A stretch of 63,271 nucleotides of DNA, the filler included, from Octopus bimaculoides (Eukaryota), in NCBI RefSeq assembly GCF_001194135.2. It is 6 parts of 5 records of this genome, joined end to end, with 100 filler letters (N's around TTAATTAATTAA, not from the genome) between each part and the next. Parts side by side here need not be neighbours in the genome. Positions count along the whole stretch, not along the records: positions 1 to 23,357 come from NC_068995.1; 5 more parts are not named here. One strand, written 5' to 3'. The notes beneath the pieces were generated by a model. The model was not told the DNA's origin and made no database searches. It saw nothing but the letters and a program-made list of their open reading frames with translations. Both the position numbers and the translations under genes were made by a program. Positions 1 to 12,546 of this stretch are shown here, piece by piece. How positions within the stretch are numbered: the stretch's first letter is position 1; the number at the start of each line of letters is the position of its first letter.

Positions 1-158
1 GAGTGGTTGGCGTTAGGAAGGGCATCCAGCTATAGAAACTCTGCCAAATTAGATTGGAGCCGGGTGTAGCCATCCGGATGCACCAGTCCTCAGTCAAATC
101 GTCCAACCCATGCTAGCATGGAAAGCGGACGTTAAACGATGATGATGATGATGATGAT
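1..158 (+). mobile_element. SINE family A 3' part with (GAT)n tail
   Basis: gggcatccagct..agaaactctgcc...ggaaagcggacgttaaacgatgatgat. Near-identical copies at 1268, 4023, 7305, 8095, 8731, 12166 and 13782. Confidence 0.85.
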
Positions 159-179
159 ATATATATATATATATATATA

Positions 180-335
180 CGACGGGCTTCTTTCAGTTTT
201 CATCTACCAAATCCACTCACAAGGCTTTGGTCGGCCCTAGGCTATAGTAGAAGACACTTGTCCAAGGTGCCACGCAGAAGGACTGAACCCAGAATCATGT
301 AGTTGGTAAGCAAGCTACTTACCACACAGCCACCA
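180..335 (-). mobile_element. SINE family B head (tRNA-like plus CORE-like ccttgggcaagtg segment)
   Basis: Reverse complement of the head seen at 15372, 19695, 34315, 39290 and 57755. Confidence 0.8.
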
Positions 336-510
336 AGATTTTAGTGATATGATTGTTTATTTTTATAATGACAATGTAGTGTAGGTGTGAGGGATTGGAT
401 GTGGCTGGTTTGAACCAAAAATAGATAAAATATTTGTGCCGGATATGGCTGGTGTTTAAATGCTAAAAAGTTAAACTGAACTGGGAAATGTTTTTTTTTT
501 TCAATTTCAG

Positions 511-642
511 CAAGAAGGCACTCTAATGGGCACATCTTTCTTGGTTTGTTTCTCCTATTGGTTCGGTGCTTCTAGTGCAATTTTCCTTTTGTCCTATCTC
601 TGTAATATCCAGGTCACTATGATACAAGTCCTTTCTATGCTG
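511..642 (+). CDS. YIPF3: YIPF3 internal coding exon (QEGTLMGTSFLVCFSYWFGASSAIFLLSYLCNIQVTMIQVLSML), phase 0-0
   Basis: Acceptor tttttcaatttcag| and donor |gtatgt; 132 nt open frame. Matches the human YIPF3 segment [44 protein letters not shown] as recalled. Upstream exons lie outside the window. Confidence 0.93.
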
Positions 643-742
643 GTATGTTGTTTATATTTGTAATGAGCTTATAATGTTTTCAGCATTTTCATTTCTGTTT
701 TACTTTGTACTGTAGATGTAAGTTTGTAAAATATCTTGATCC

Positions 743-971
743 TTAACCCTTTTAGCACTCAGGTTACTGTGTCTAATGTTATACTTACTTATTCACATCA
801 GTTTGAATTAGTCATACACTATCCCATTGCTTTGAGATTTCAATGATGTAATTGCTTATTTTTAGAACAACATTACAGAGTGGGTGTGAGAGGCCAGATC
901 TGGCCAGTCTGAGCATAAAATAGGTAGCATATTTGGGTTGAATATGACTAGTTTAAATGCTAAAGGGTTAA
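743..971. mobile_element. piggyBac-like MITE (TTAA|CCCT...AGGG|TTAA)
   Basis: Terminal inverted repeats ttaacccttttagca / tgctaaagggttaa with TTAA at both ends. Related copies at ~341-474, 7986-8438 and 12112-12500. Confidence 0.75.
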
Positions 972-1267
972 AGATGAAGATATTCTGAAAAATTATAATT
1001 AAATTGTAAATATCCTAAGTAAGTAACAATGACTCATCTCAAACAGACATTTAAACATCTAGTGGCATGAGACTGAAGCATGCAAAGTATTATGACAATG
1101 TGAGAAAGAATACAAAAAGCTGGCGACACCTTAAACTGTCTTACATTCATATATTTGTGTTGTGATAATTAGAAACACCAAACACCTTGATATGTTTGTA
1201 TGATGATGTACTGCGTGTTGTCCCATTGATAAAACATTGTTTAGTTACATTTATTGTCATTGGAGTA

Positions 1268-1468
1268 TCATCATCATCATCATCATCGTTTAACGTACGC
1301 TTTCCATGCTAGCATGGGTTGGACAATTTGACTGAGGACTGGCAAGCCAGAAGGCTGCACCAGGCTCCAATCTGATCTGGCAGAGTTTCTACAGCTGGAT
1401 GCCCTTCCTAACGCCAACCACTCCGAGAGTGTAGTGGGTGCTCTTACATGCCACCGGCACGAGGGCCA
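1268..1468 (-). mobile_element. SINE family A copy
   Basis: (ATC)n tail then the reverse complement of 1-140, about 90% identical by eye. Confidence 0.85.
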
Positions 1469-2162
1469 CTTACATATATTACAGTAATTACATTTTGGCA
1501 TTGTTGAGTGCCAGTAATGGAGAGTTGTGTACTAGAACAAATGTAGTTTGTAATTACATTATTAAAAGAAGGGATTAGCTTTGCATGTGAGGTGAGAATA
1601 GTGCTCTGTCCGTCCTAGGGAAAGAATCCTTGAACTTGGGGCTGAGCTCCAGCCAAGGAAATTTTCCATTTAAACGGTTTGTTGCTTATGCTTCTGAAGT
1701 GTAGTGCTCATGTTTGTTTTGTACATATCGTTGCTTATATTACAAAAGCACAAGAATTACTGGAACAAAATCAAACATTCTCTAATATGGGGTGATATTC
1801 AGGACATGTTGCCTAACCCATGTGTGGTCTGATCCTGGTTACTAAAGTTGTAAGGTTTTAATTCTAGGCCTTGCTACAAGAACATCAGATGCAATGCTTT
1901 ACTATATTTGTTCTGACTTTGTGCACCCTGGTTTCAAATCATCCTTTCGAGAATTGATTAAAAAAATGTACCAAACCAAGGCTATAGATTGGTGGGGGCT
2001 CTCAGAATGTTTGATGGGTTGCCTTGTGGTATTAACTCCAGCTCTTTGTGTTCTGAGTTCAAATCCTGCTATGGTCTACCAATCAAATACAGCGGGTCAG
2101 TGGTATCATGTAACCCTTTCTCTTAAAATTGCTGACCCGCCATCTTGTTATTATTATTATTG

Positions 2163-2345
2163 CAAAGGTGGTGAGCTGGCAGAATGCTTAGTGGAATTTC
2201 ATCCATTTTCACCTGAGTTCAAATTCCACCAAGGTCGACTTTGCCTTTTGTCCTTTCAGGGTCAATAAATTAAGTACCAGTGAAACACTGGGGTTTATGT
2301 AATCAACTAGTCCAAATTTCAGGTTTTGTGCCTTTAGTAGAACAG
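2163..2345 (+). mobile_element. SINE family C (tRNA head plus Nin/Deu-like central domain)
   Basis: aaggtggtgagctggcagaat...gtcgactttgcctt..tcctttc.gggtc.ataaattaagtaccag. The domain name is recalled, not searched. Confidence 0.7.
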
Positions 2346-2346
2346 A

Positions 2347-2364
2347 TTATTATTATTATTATTA

Positions 2365-2399
<35 letters not shown>

Positions 2400-2466
2400 G
2401 TTATTGTTGTTATTATTATTATTATTGTTATTGTTGTTATTGTTGTTATTATTATTATTATTATTA
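2347..2466. repeat. (ATT/GTT)n microsatellite just upstream of the YIPF3 acceptor
   Basis: Direct reading. Confidence 0.95.
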
Positions 2467-2493
2467 TATTTTCTCTCATTTTCTATTCCCTAG

Positions 2494-2625
<132 letters not shown>

Positions 2626-2677
2626 TGATTCAGTTCTTTGATTTCATTGTTATTCTTATTGTTTTTGTTTTTTTTTG

Positions 2678-2904
2678 TTAACATTTTTGTTACCAACCTG
2701 GCTGAAACTGCTGCTGGCTCTAGTTCAAATGTCTTGTTTTCATAAGTTTTGAATTAAAATCTTCCACCAAATCTTAATCACAATTTATGTTCCTAGCACT
2801 AGCTTAATGATAACTAAGTTATTTTACTAAATTCTTTGTTATATTTGAAATTAATTGAAAGAAACACAGAGCATCTCAAAATAAATACGGTAACGAGAGG
2901 TTAA
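2678..2904. mobile_element. Second TTAA-flanked MITE family
   Basis: ttaacatttttgttacc ... ggtaacgagaggttaa, imperfect terminal inverted repeats. Confidence 0.6.
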
Positions 2905-4022
2905 TGTGTCTTCAAATATAACAGTATACTAATAAAATATTAGAAGTCTGGAGCTGATAAAATTATTCGGTACTAATAGTTTTGTTTAGGCCATGAATTG
3001 ATGGTGTCATTAGGGTGTCAGCTAGAATGTGTTGTGATATTTGTTGAAACTCACTGCACTTTGAGGTCAACTTTACCTTACGTTTTTTGTGGGGTGAAGG
3101 TCAGTAAATAAAGTGCCAATCCAAACAATGGAATAGTGGAATTGTTAGATTATCAGACAAGATCCCTTGTATTTATTCGAGTTCTCTGGCCTTAAATTCC
3201 AGCTTCATAGACTGGAAGGAGGTATTAAGGTTGGCCAAGACAAACAACGAAATCAGAATCTCTATGCATTCAGAAAGACCTGTCATCATCTCAGTGCAGT
3301 TGTGTGATGGATGGATACACAGGCTTTGAAGACCAGGTAGTGGCTAGCATTTGGTAGCAGGAAGTGATTAACAACAAACACACATACAGTTCGGTGGCGT
3401 CACTAAAGATTGAACCACACTTGGGAGTCAGATGGTTGAAATGATGATGACTAATTGGAAATTGTTACTATTAACTGTGGTAAAAAAATAAGAAGTTACT
3501 AAAGTTAATTACTCATTGACATGAAAAATATAGTTAAGTTGGTGTTAACACATTTCATCTATTGAACATTAACCATCTAATTAGAAATACTTGAGTTATC
3601 TCTCTTATCCTTTTTATTTTTAACTTTACAGTCATTTGGATGATTAGTTCTCATTAAATTATTTCCCATGCCGGCTGTCTACGCTTAACTATTATGTTTT
3701 CATGCAGCACTGTCAGTGGATATTTTATCTCAGTCATCTTTTTAATTACTCCACTCTTGTGTCCACTTTCATTTTTTCATTCACAAAAACGGATGGGAAG
3801 GCATGAGTAGAGAAAGAAAGATTTGGCTGCCATTTCTAGTACCTGGAGTGGCCATGCAGGGACTCTCTGGCTAGATTCACAGTTAAGCTGAATTTAGTGT
3901 CGATGCTGATGAGGATGAGAAATAGAAGTCCGGAAGTAAGGATTGTCCACAGAAAGGGCACCTATCTATAACACACTGCCAGCATGGAAAAAGGCAGAAA
4001 AACGAATGGATATATATATATA

Positions 4023-4166
4023 TCATCATCATCATCGTTTAACGTCCATTTTCCAAGCTAGCATGGGTTGGACGATTTGACTGAGGACTGGTGAAACCAG
4101 ATGGCTACACCAGGCTCCAATCTGATTTGGCAGAGTTTCTACAGCTGGATGCCCTTCCTAACGCCA
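4023..4166 (-). mobile_element. SINE family A copy, ending at the adjacent foldback element
   Basis: Same tail sequence as 1268-1468. Confidence 0.85.
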
Positions 4167-4168
4167 TA

Positions 4169-4613
4169 TTAAATCAAAAAAAGCAACAAGGATATCCAAA
4201 GTTAATGCAGTACAATCGTTTCATGCGACTCCATTTATTTAAGCAATGTGAACATTACGTCAAATATAAAATGCAGAGCAATCCTCAGCTGCACAAAGAT
4301 ATAGAAATTTACTGAAATTTCATTTCAACAGGACATATTTTTGTAACTACATTTAAACTCGCCTGTATGGTCTGGCTAAGTCAAAATGGTTTTTTGTATT
4401 CTTCCTTTCCACTTGGAGAGTTTAAATGTAGTTACAATAATATGTCCTTCTGTTGAAATGAAATTTCAGCAAATTTCTATATCTTTGTGCAGCTGAGGAT
4501 TGCTCTGCATTTTACATTTGACGTAATGTTCACATTGCTTAAATAAATGGAGTCGCATGAAACGATTGGTCTGCATTAACTTTGGATATCCTTGTTGCTT
4601 ATTTTGATTTTAA
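4169..4613. mobile_element. Foldback MITE with ~190-bp inverted arms (4169-4360 / 4418-4613), TTAA at both outer ends
   Basis: Arms are reverse complements with only a handful of differences; spacer about 57 bp. Confidence 0.85.
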
Positions 4614-4762
4614 TCACCTTCTTTTGGAATTGTATGGATAACACCACACTTAATTCTGGTGCTTAAACTTAAGTACCAAATTCACCTTGAATCTAAATTT
4701 TATATATATATATGTGTATATATAGTCTTTATTTTTCTTTTTTTTTTTTCATTGCAATTTAG

Positions 4763-4948
<186 letters not shown>

Positions 4949-4964
4949 TAACCTCATCTTTAGA

Positions 4965-5366
4965 TCTTTTACTTGTTTCACTCATTTGACTGCGGCCATG
5001 CTGGGGCACCGCCTTGAAGAATTTTAGTTGAAGGAATCGACCCCAGTACTTATTCTTTTTAAACCTGGCACTTATTCTATCAGTCTCTTTGTCAAACTGC
5101 TTGGTTATGCGGACATAAACAAACCAACACCGGTTGTCAAGCAGGTGGGAGGAGGCAAGCATAGACACAAAGATACGTGCATGTGCGCACACACACACAC
5201 ACACACACACATACGATGGGTTTCTTTCAGGTTCATTCTACCAAATCCACTCACAAAGCTTTGGGTTGACCTGAGACAGTAACAGAAGACGCTTGCCCAA
5301 GGTGTCACATAGTGCGACTGAACCCGGAATCCTGTGGTTGGGAAACAAGCTTCTTACCTCACAGCA
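4965..5366 (-). mobile_element. Full-length SINE family B (head, internal (CA)n, tail)
   Basis: Same three-part structure as 15372-15712, 19695-20032, 28250-28614, 28650-29030 and 58525-58927. Confidence 0.85.
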
Positions 5367-5748
5367 AATATCAATCATTATAATTTTGTATTTTATTACA
5401 AGGCCATAAAAATTTTGTACGGCAAGGATATAATTGAATGAATCAACTCTAGTAATTGCCTGGCATTTATTTTATTGACCCTGGGAAAACATGGTCAACT
5501 GTTATCAGGATTTGAACCCAGAATGCAGAGGTGTGAAATAAAATGTCAGAAAGTATCTAATCTGATACACTGCTGTTTCTGTCATTTTGTCACCATCATC
5601 TTAGTGTCTGTGATAGTCCAGTTCATGTAAATATATATTTTCATTATTATTCCATGATAGGATGAATTCTTTTATAAGAATTTATCATGTAACTAGCGTG
5701 AAAAAAACCTCATAAGGGAAAAATCCATCATTTTTTCCCCAAAATATA

Positions 5749-5883
5749 TTTATTTATATAAGGGCATTACTATACATGAATGCCTCACGCGTTCGGTAAA
5801 AATGTGTTTATTATGGTAGTTTCACCTTAGAGTCCCTCTTAGCGTGAGGCATTCATGTATAGTAATGCCCTTATATAAATAAA
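5749..5883. repeat. Perfect 42-bp inverted repeat (5749-5790 / 5842-5883), 51-nt spacer
   Basis: tttatttatataagggcattactatacatgaatgcctcacgc and its exact reverse complement. Confidence 0.95.
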
Positions 5884-5964
5884 TATTTTCATTATTATTA
5901 TATTTTTTCTTTGTTTTCTTTTGGCTGACCTTGAGAATAATGCCTTTCCTCTTTGTAATTTCAG

Positions 5965-6069
5965 AATTCTCAGAAGTGTTTGACAAAGAAATATCAAGAC
6001 CTGTTGCAGAAGATGTCCTCCATCTGAAATTTGTCCGGGACATAGGAATGGAGCAGCACAGCATCAAAC
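5965..6069 (+). CDS. YIPF3: YIPF3 coding exon, luminal tail (EFSEVFDKEISRPVAEDVLHLKFVRDIGMEQHSIK)
   Basis: Acceptor ctttgtaatttcag| and donor C|gtaagt; 105 nt, phase 1-1, open in the frame set by the previous exon. Weak resemblance to human RVPRDI. Confidence 0.8.
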
Positions 6070-6474
6070 GTAAGTGATAGGTTCTCTCTGAGCATTTCTG
6101 AAAACATATTTGCATTCAGTCAGAAGAAGAGCATGAATGTATTTGTTTGTTTGTGTTTGTGTGTGTGCGCATGCACAAAAGCGGATACAGGCATGTTTGT
6201 ATAGTTTCCACAACGAAATGATCCCAGGTGTGATTCCCACCATATGACACCTTGGATAGGCATCTTCTCCTGCAGCCTTGAGTTGATCAATGTCTTGCAA
6301 TTGAATTTTGTAGATGGAATGTGTATGTGTATCATTCACTGATGTTTATTTATTCTACTTGAATTGAACAGATATTCCCTTGTTATTTTGCCACTGAAAA
6401 TGCTGTAAACCAGAAACTTTCACACTGGAAACTCTGTAACCAATGGTGATACTGTTCACGAAATGCATGATGAC

Positions 6475-6507
<33 letters not shown>

Positions 6508-6509
<2 letters not shown>

Positions 6510-6741
6510 GGGTGGCCCAAAAGTAGGTTTACAGTTATACAACTATCTCTTTCACATTCATATATTAACAGTTTAGATCATAATTGTAAAAAAATATGAA
6601 GCCATTATTCTATACTAATTTAGTTAATTTTGTCAAGCTCTCTTTTCTGTTTGTAAGATTGAAATTTAAATGTCGTAAAATGTTTTAAAAGAAATTTGAA
6701 TTGCCTATGTGATAAAACTGTTAACCTACTTTTGGGCTACC

Positions 6742-6744
<3 letters not shown>
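6508..6744. mobile_element. Tc1/mariner-type MITE
   Basis: TIRs cagggtggcccaaaagtaggtttacagtt / aactgttaacctacttttgggctaccctg|ta, flanked by dinucleotide repeats. Confidence 0.8.
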
Positions 6745-6782
<38 letters not shown>

Positions 6783-7304
6783 CATATACACACATACACA
6801 TGTAAATATTGAACAATGAGAATGAGTGCTCAAAACCACATTCGGGGATAAAGATTCTATGTGATTGGCTTGAAGAATTGTTGAGATATTTTGTTAAGAT
6901 GAAACTAATGGTAGCCTTGATACACAAATAAAGTGAGTGTGTATATATATATATAGTATTTAATATGCATTACAGTATATAACAATGATTACTACATCAA
7001 CTTGGGTATATCTCTGGGTTTAGTTATATCTCCAAAGTTTTCTGTCTATCTTAACAGCCTACACACAAGTTAATCTAACCCACTGCAGATGATAGTTCAT
7101 TTTCTGACCCTAGGTCTCACTTAGAAACAATCTTGACACTTCCTGCTGCACATATGTAACCTATATGAACATTTGACTGTGAAAATTATCTTGCATTGGG
7201 GTCTTGACAATGCTTTCTTATTCTACTGGACCAAGACATAAACTAACCCCCTATCAAAACACCCTCACTGGATAGTTGTTTTGAAGTAGTTCATCTTATC
7301 AGAT

Positions 7305-7697
7305 CATCATCATCATCATCATCGTTTAACGTCCGCTTTCCATGCTAGCATGGGATGAACGATTTGATTGAGGACTGGTGAACCAGATGGCTACACCAGG
7401 CTCCAATCTGATTTGGCAGAGTTTCTACAGCTGGATGCCCTTCCTAACGTCAACCACTCCGAGAGTGTAGTGGGTGCTTTTATGGGCCACCAGCATGACG
7501 GCCAGTCAGGCGGTACAGGCAACGGCCACTCTCAAAATGGTGTATTTTACGTGCCACCTGCACAGGAGCCAGTCCAGCGGCACTGGCAACGATCTCGCTT
7601 GAATGTCTTTACATGTGCCAGGAAGGCGACGCTGGGCACAGGTGCCATCATGATTTCGCTTTCGCTTGCCCCAACAGGTCTTCGCAAGCCGCACTCA
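7305..7697 (-). mobile_element. Long SINE family A copy
   Basis: (ATC)n tail plus about 350 bp extending into the internal region. Confidence 0.85.
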
Positions 7698-7985
7698 AAC
7701 CATATTCTTCTCTCTTAAGAAGAGGAAGGACACATTGGATAATGTAGTTCTTAAGGTACTCTTTGCCTGAGAAAGAGAATTGTTTGTCATGACCAGGGTA
7801 TGGCTATAGGGTTGAAAAGTTTGCTTCTCATCTACATGGTTTTGGGTACATTTCCACTATGTAGGCTTCTACTATGAGTCCTTTTGGCTCTGCACTGTCC
7901 CTGCTTGTTCACCAACTACGTTACAAAGAGTACCTGGTGCATTTTATCATAGCACTAGTGAATTTGCTTTGTATACCCTGTAAGA

Positions 7986-8438
7986 TTCAACCCTCTAGCA
8001 CTCATTAGTCTGTCAAATATAATGTTTATTTATTCACATTGTTTTAAATTAATCATGCATTATCTTGTAGCTTTGAGATTTTGATGATGTCATTGTCATC
8101 ATTTAAAGGCCATCTTCCATGCTGGCATGGGTTGGACAGTTTGACTGGAGCTGGCAAACCAGAGGACTGCACTAAACTCCACTGTATGTTGTGGCATAGT
8201 TCTTATGACTGGATGCCCTTCCTAACATCAATCATTTTACAGAGTGGACTGGGTGCTTTTTACATGGCACCAGCACTGGCAAGGTCTGTTTGGTATAGAT
8301 GTTACGGCTGAATGCACTTGTTTGTTTTTAGAATGACATAGTAGGGTAGGTGTGAGATATTTGATCTGTTCAGTTTTGAACATAAAATAGCTAGAATATT
8401 TGGGCTAGATATGATCAGTTTATCAGCTAAAGGTTTAA
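7986..8438. mobile_element. piggyBac-like MITE (743-971 family) interrupted by a family A SINE (~8095-8310)
   Basis: Both MITE halves align to 743-971; the SINE sits at the gatgatg site. Confidence 0.7.
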
Positions 8439-8919
8439 AGAGTCCTCACTATTCTACGATGTATCTTTTCATTCAAAGCAATGTGACCAAGAAAACATTT
8501 GCCAAAAACTCCTTTGTCATGCCTAGAACTCCCTTGATCTATGTCTGCTCATTAAAGTGCTGACCTGAGCCTTAACAACTATTGGCTCAGTGATGCTCAT
8601 TGTGTCCTATTTATGTCTCTTCTGTAGCTACTGCAATAGTCTTTACATCTTTGAACTTTCACACTCTCCTCTTCATTTTTCTACCTCTCTTTCACTTATT
8701 ACTTCACCTATAATTCTACTGATAGACTCCATCATCATCATCATCATCATCATCATTTAACATCTGTTTTCCATGTTGGCGTGGGTTGGACAGCTTGATA
8801 GGAGCTGGCCACGTCAGGGGCTGCACTAAGTTCCATACTCTGTTTTGGCTTGGTTTCTACAGTTGGATGCCCTTCTTAATGCCAACCACATTACAGAGTG
8901 TACTGGGTGCTTTGCACCT

Positions 8920-9367
8920 GGCATCATCACTAGTGGTTTTTACATAGCACCATCACCAGTGCTTTTTATGTGGCTCCATCACCAGTGTCTTTTATGTGTC
9001 ACCATCACCAGTGCTTTTTATGTGGTACTATCACCAGTGTGTTTTATGTGGTACCATCACCAGTGCCGTTTATGTGGCACCATCACCAGTACTTTTTATG
9101 TGACACCATCATCAGTGTTCTTTATGTGGCACCATCATCAGTGTTCTTTATGTGGCACCATCATCAGTGCATTTTATGTGGCACCATCACCAGTGAGTTT
9201 TATGTGGCACCATCACCAGTGCTTTTTATATGGCACCCTCACCAGTGCTTTTTACCTGGCACCATCACCAGTGCTTTTTATATGGCACCATCACGAGTGC
9301 TTTTTACGTGGCACCATCACCAGTGCTTTTTAAGTGGCATCATCACGAGTGCTTTTTATGTGGCACC
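8920..9367. repeat. 26-bp minisatellite (ggcaccatcaccagtgctttttatgt), about 17 copies, inside a family A SINE (8731-9370)
   Basis: Directly visible units; the 26-aa periodicity of the overlapping ORFs equals three units. Confidence 0.9.
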
Positions 9368-10380
9368 TTGGTTTTAGGGTATCCATACTAAGAACATTTT
9401 TGGTACTTACACATTCAGTGATATCTATTCAAAATAGATTACTAAATTTCTGCTGAACTATGACTGTCTACTTCATATTTTCAGCATTCTTTATTAACGT
9501 AGCATTCTGACTACTTTTTGACATAATATTCTAGCCAATGGTTGATTGATTAATTTATAAAAGTGTTGAAATTTAGTTAATTATATTTAAAACTCTTCTG
9601 TGTTAAAAAGAACAAATTTATTCTATCATAGTTTCAGCTGGTAGGTCATGGCCAGGTTGAGGGGGAAAATGTTTTTAATTCACTAATTTGCTGCAAATAA
9701 TCTAAGATGTCGTCAATGTGGAATGTAAAAGAATTTGTTTTATGTGGTGTTTTTTGTGATATTTGTGATTGTTTTATTTTAGATAGAGCTTTGTTATATG
9801 GATATAGATATGTAGAATACAATTTCTATGTATGTATGTGTGCATGTATGTATTTATGTGTTTGTTTTTGCATGTAGACCAGATACTTTGGAGTGACAAT
9901 TTACCAGTCTTTCTTGATTGGTACATTATGTGTGTATGTATATATGTGTGTATGTATATATGTATGTATGTATGTATGTAGTATTTGTATGTGCATACAT
10001 ATGCACTTACGTATGTATGAATTAAGCCAGACTTGTAATTAATGACTTCAGAGTAGTAGCTTGTATATGTATATATGTATTTTGTTGTGTGTGTGTGTGT
10101 GTGTGTGTTTATGTATAATGTTGATACTGTGGTCAAGTTTCCTTTTCATGTTATTACTTTGTCCATTATTTAGTCTGTACATTATCATTTGTATTCTTTT
10201 CCAAGAAAAACAAAATATCTCCCATTCTGTCACCAGTATCTTAAATAGATTACCAAATTGATTTGGTTGTTTTTGAAATAACAACCAAATTTCCCTCAAA
10301 TTACATGCTACCAAATTAGTTTTTAAAAATATTTTAAATTTTATATATAACATGTGAATAGAAACGTAGATGGAGAGAAA

Positions 10381-10411
<31 letters not shown>

Positions 10412-11246
10412 CAAACATACATACAGACAGAATGAAGGAGAAGTGAGATATAAATTTTGAGTTAATAAAGGGAAACATAAAAAAAACTAACTTGGTTTTT
10501 TTCTGAATCACCAAGACTAATGAATAAATGCTTCAAAATAGGTTACAATGAAAGACTAGTGTGTTGCCCATCATAGGATGGATATCTTTGGAAGCATACT
10601 TTTGCTACCTTGGGAAATATCAAGAAATAGATTATACATACAATAATTATAATTTAACTTTTATCAAATTTGTTGGTGTTTATACAAAATGATGAAATGA
10701 AATGAATACTAATTTTCAAAAGAAAAATTTTTACTACCTTAAAATTATATAAAAGAAATTTGGTGTCAGTGTAGTATGTGGTCTACATGCCATTGTGATC
10801 TACAGCAACTGAAATCTAGACTAGCTTGTCATCTACATTTAAAATTCTGTTATAAATTTGCCATTTAAAAAATAAAAGGAAAGGAAAAATTTTTATTGAT
10901 TTTTATTTCATTCTAGAAACCTGAATACAGTAACTATTTGTGTACTATTTGTTATTCATCTCGAATAACCTGTGTGTAAAATTCTTTTGCCTCTCATCAT
11001 GACTTCTTCCATTGGGCTTAGGACTAAAAGTGCTTAAATCATAAAAGTTTTTTTTTGGTTTATATACCAAACCAACTCGAAGGTGAGTAAATAGATGAAT
11101 TTTAAATGTAGATCAAAAAGTCGGTGGAGATCATAAACTATACCATTTGAACTAATGTAGACCACAAGCTATACCAGAAACATGTATGTAGATTCACATA
11201 CGACACCGGCACCAGAAATTTCTCATTTGTATAACTTCTCCCATGT

Positions 11247-11543
11247 GGAGGCGCAATGGCCCAGTGGTTAGGGCAGCAAACTCGCAGTCATAGGATCGCG
11301 GTTTCGATTCCCAGACCGGGTGTTGTGAGTGTTTATTGAGCAAAAACACCTAAAGCTCCACGAGGCTCCGGCAGGGGATGGTGACGAACCCTGCTGTACT
11401 CTTACCACAACTTTCTCTCACTCTTACTTCCTGTTTCTGTTGTGCCTGTAATTCAAAAGGTCAGCCTTGTCACACTGTGTCACGCTGAATATCCCCAAGA
11501 ACTACGTTAAGGGTACACGTGTCTGTGGAGTGCTCAGCCACTT
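11247..11543 (+). mobile_element. SINE family D, truncated by a gap
   Basis: A-box tggcccagtggttagg and B-box-like gtttcgattccc; nearly identical to 17460-17842. Confidence 0.85.
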
Positions 11544-12546
11544 NNNNNNNNNNNNNNNNNNNNNNNNNNNNNNNNNNNNNNNNNNNNNNNNNNNNNNNNN
11601 NNNNNNNNNNNNNNNNNNNNNNNNNNNNNNNNNNNNNNNNNNNNNNNNNNNNNNNNNNNNNNNNNNNNNNNNNNNNNNNNNNNNNNNNNNNNNNNNNNNN
11701 NNNNNNNNNNNNNNNNNNNNNNNNNNNNNNNNNNNNNNNNNNNNNNNNNNNNNNNNNNNNNNNNNNNNNNNNNNNNNNNNNNNNNNNNNNNNNNNNNNNN
11801 NNNNNNNNNNNNNNNNNNNNNNNNNNNNNNNNNNNNNNNNNNNNNNNNNNNNNNNNNNNNNNNNNNNNNNNNNNNNNNNNNNNNNNNNNNNNNNNNNNNN
11901 NNNNNNNNNNNNNNNNNNNNNNNNNNNNNNNNNNNNNNNNNNNNNNNNNNNNNNNNNNNNNNNNNNNNNNNNNNNNNNNNNNNNNNNNNNNNNNNNNNNN
12001 NNNNNNNNNNNNNNNNNNNNNNNNNNNNNNNNNNNNNNNNNNNNNNNNNNNNNNNNNNNNNNNNNNNNNNNNNNNNNNNNNNNNNNNNNNATATATATAT
12101 ATATATAGTTTTTACCCATTAGCTTTCAGATTACTCTGTCAAATCTAATGCTTGACATGTAAAAGGCACCCTTGCTGGTGACACATAAAAAGCACTCAGT
12201 ACACTCTGTAGAATGGTTGGCATTAGGAAGGGCATCCAGCTGAAGCCAAAACTGGAGTCTGGTGCAACTCTCTGGCTTACCAGTTCTGATCAAACTGCCT
12301 AACTCATGTCAGTATGGAAAACAGACATCAAATGATGATGTATTTTGAATTAATCATGAATTATCTTTTAGCTACAAGATTTTGATGATGTTATTGTTTA
12401 TTTTGAAGATAGCATTGTAAGATAGGTGTCAGAAGCCAGATCAGGCCAGTTTAAACATAAAGCAGGTAGAATATTTGGGCCGGATATGATTGGCTTAGAC
12501 ACTAAAGATATGACTGGTTTAGACACTAGTATGGTTTAGTGTCTAA

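Noticed and set aside
8920-9367. CRISPR-like array (also considered for 39453 and 24905)
   Set aside because: Units are head-to-tail with no unique spacers, there are no cas genes, and the context is eukaryotic.
8845-9377. His/Cys-rich ORFs of 162 and 135 aa
   Set aside because: They are translations of the 26-bp minisatellite inside an intronic SINE; several frames are open and there are no splice signals.
9638-9660. Alternative short YIPF3 last exon (PGRSWPG*)
   Set aside because: It has an acceptor-like sequence and the right phase, but no similarity to YIPF3; the 16263 exon fits better.
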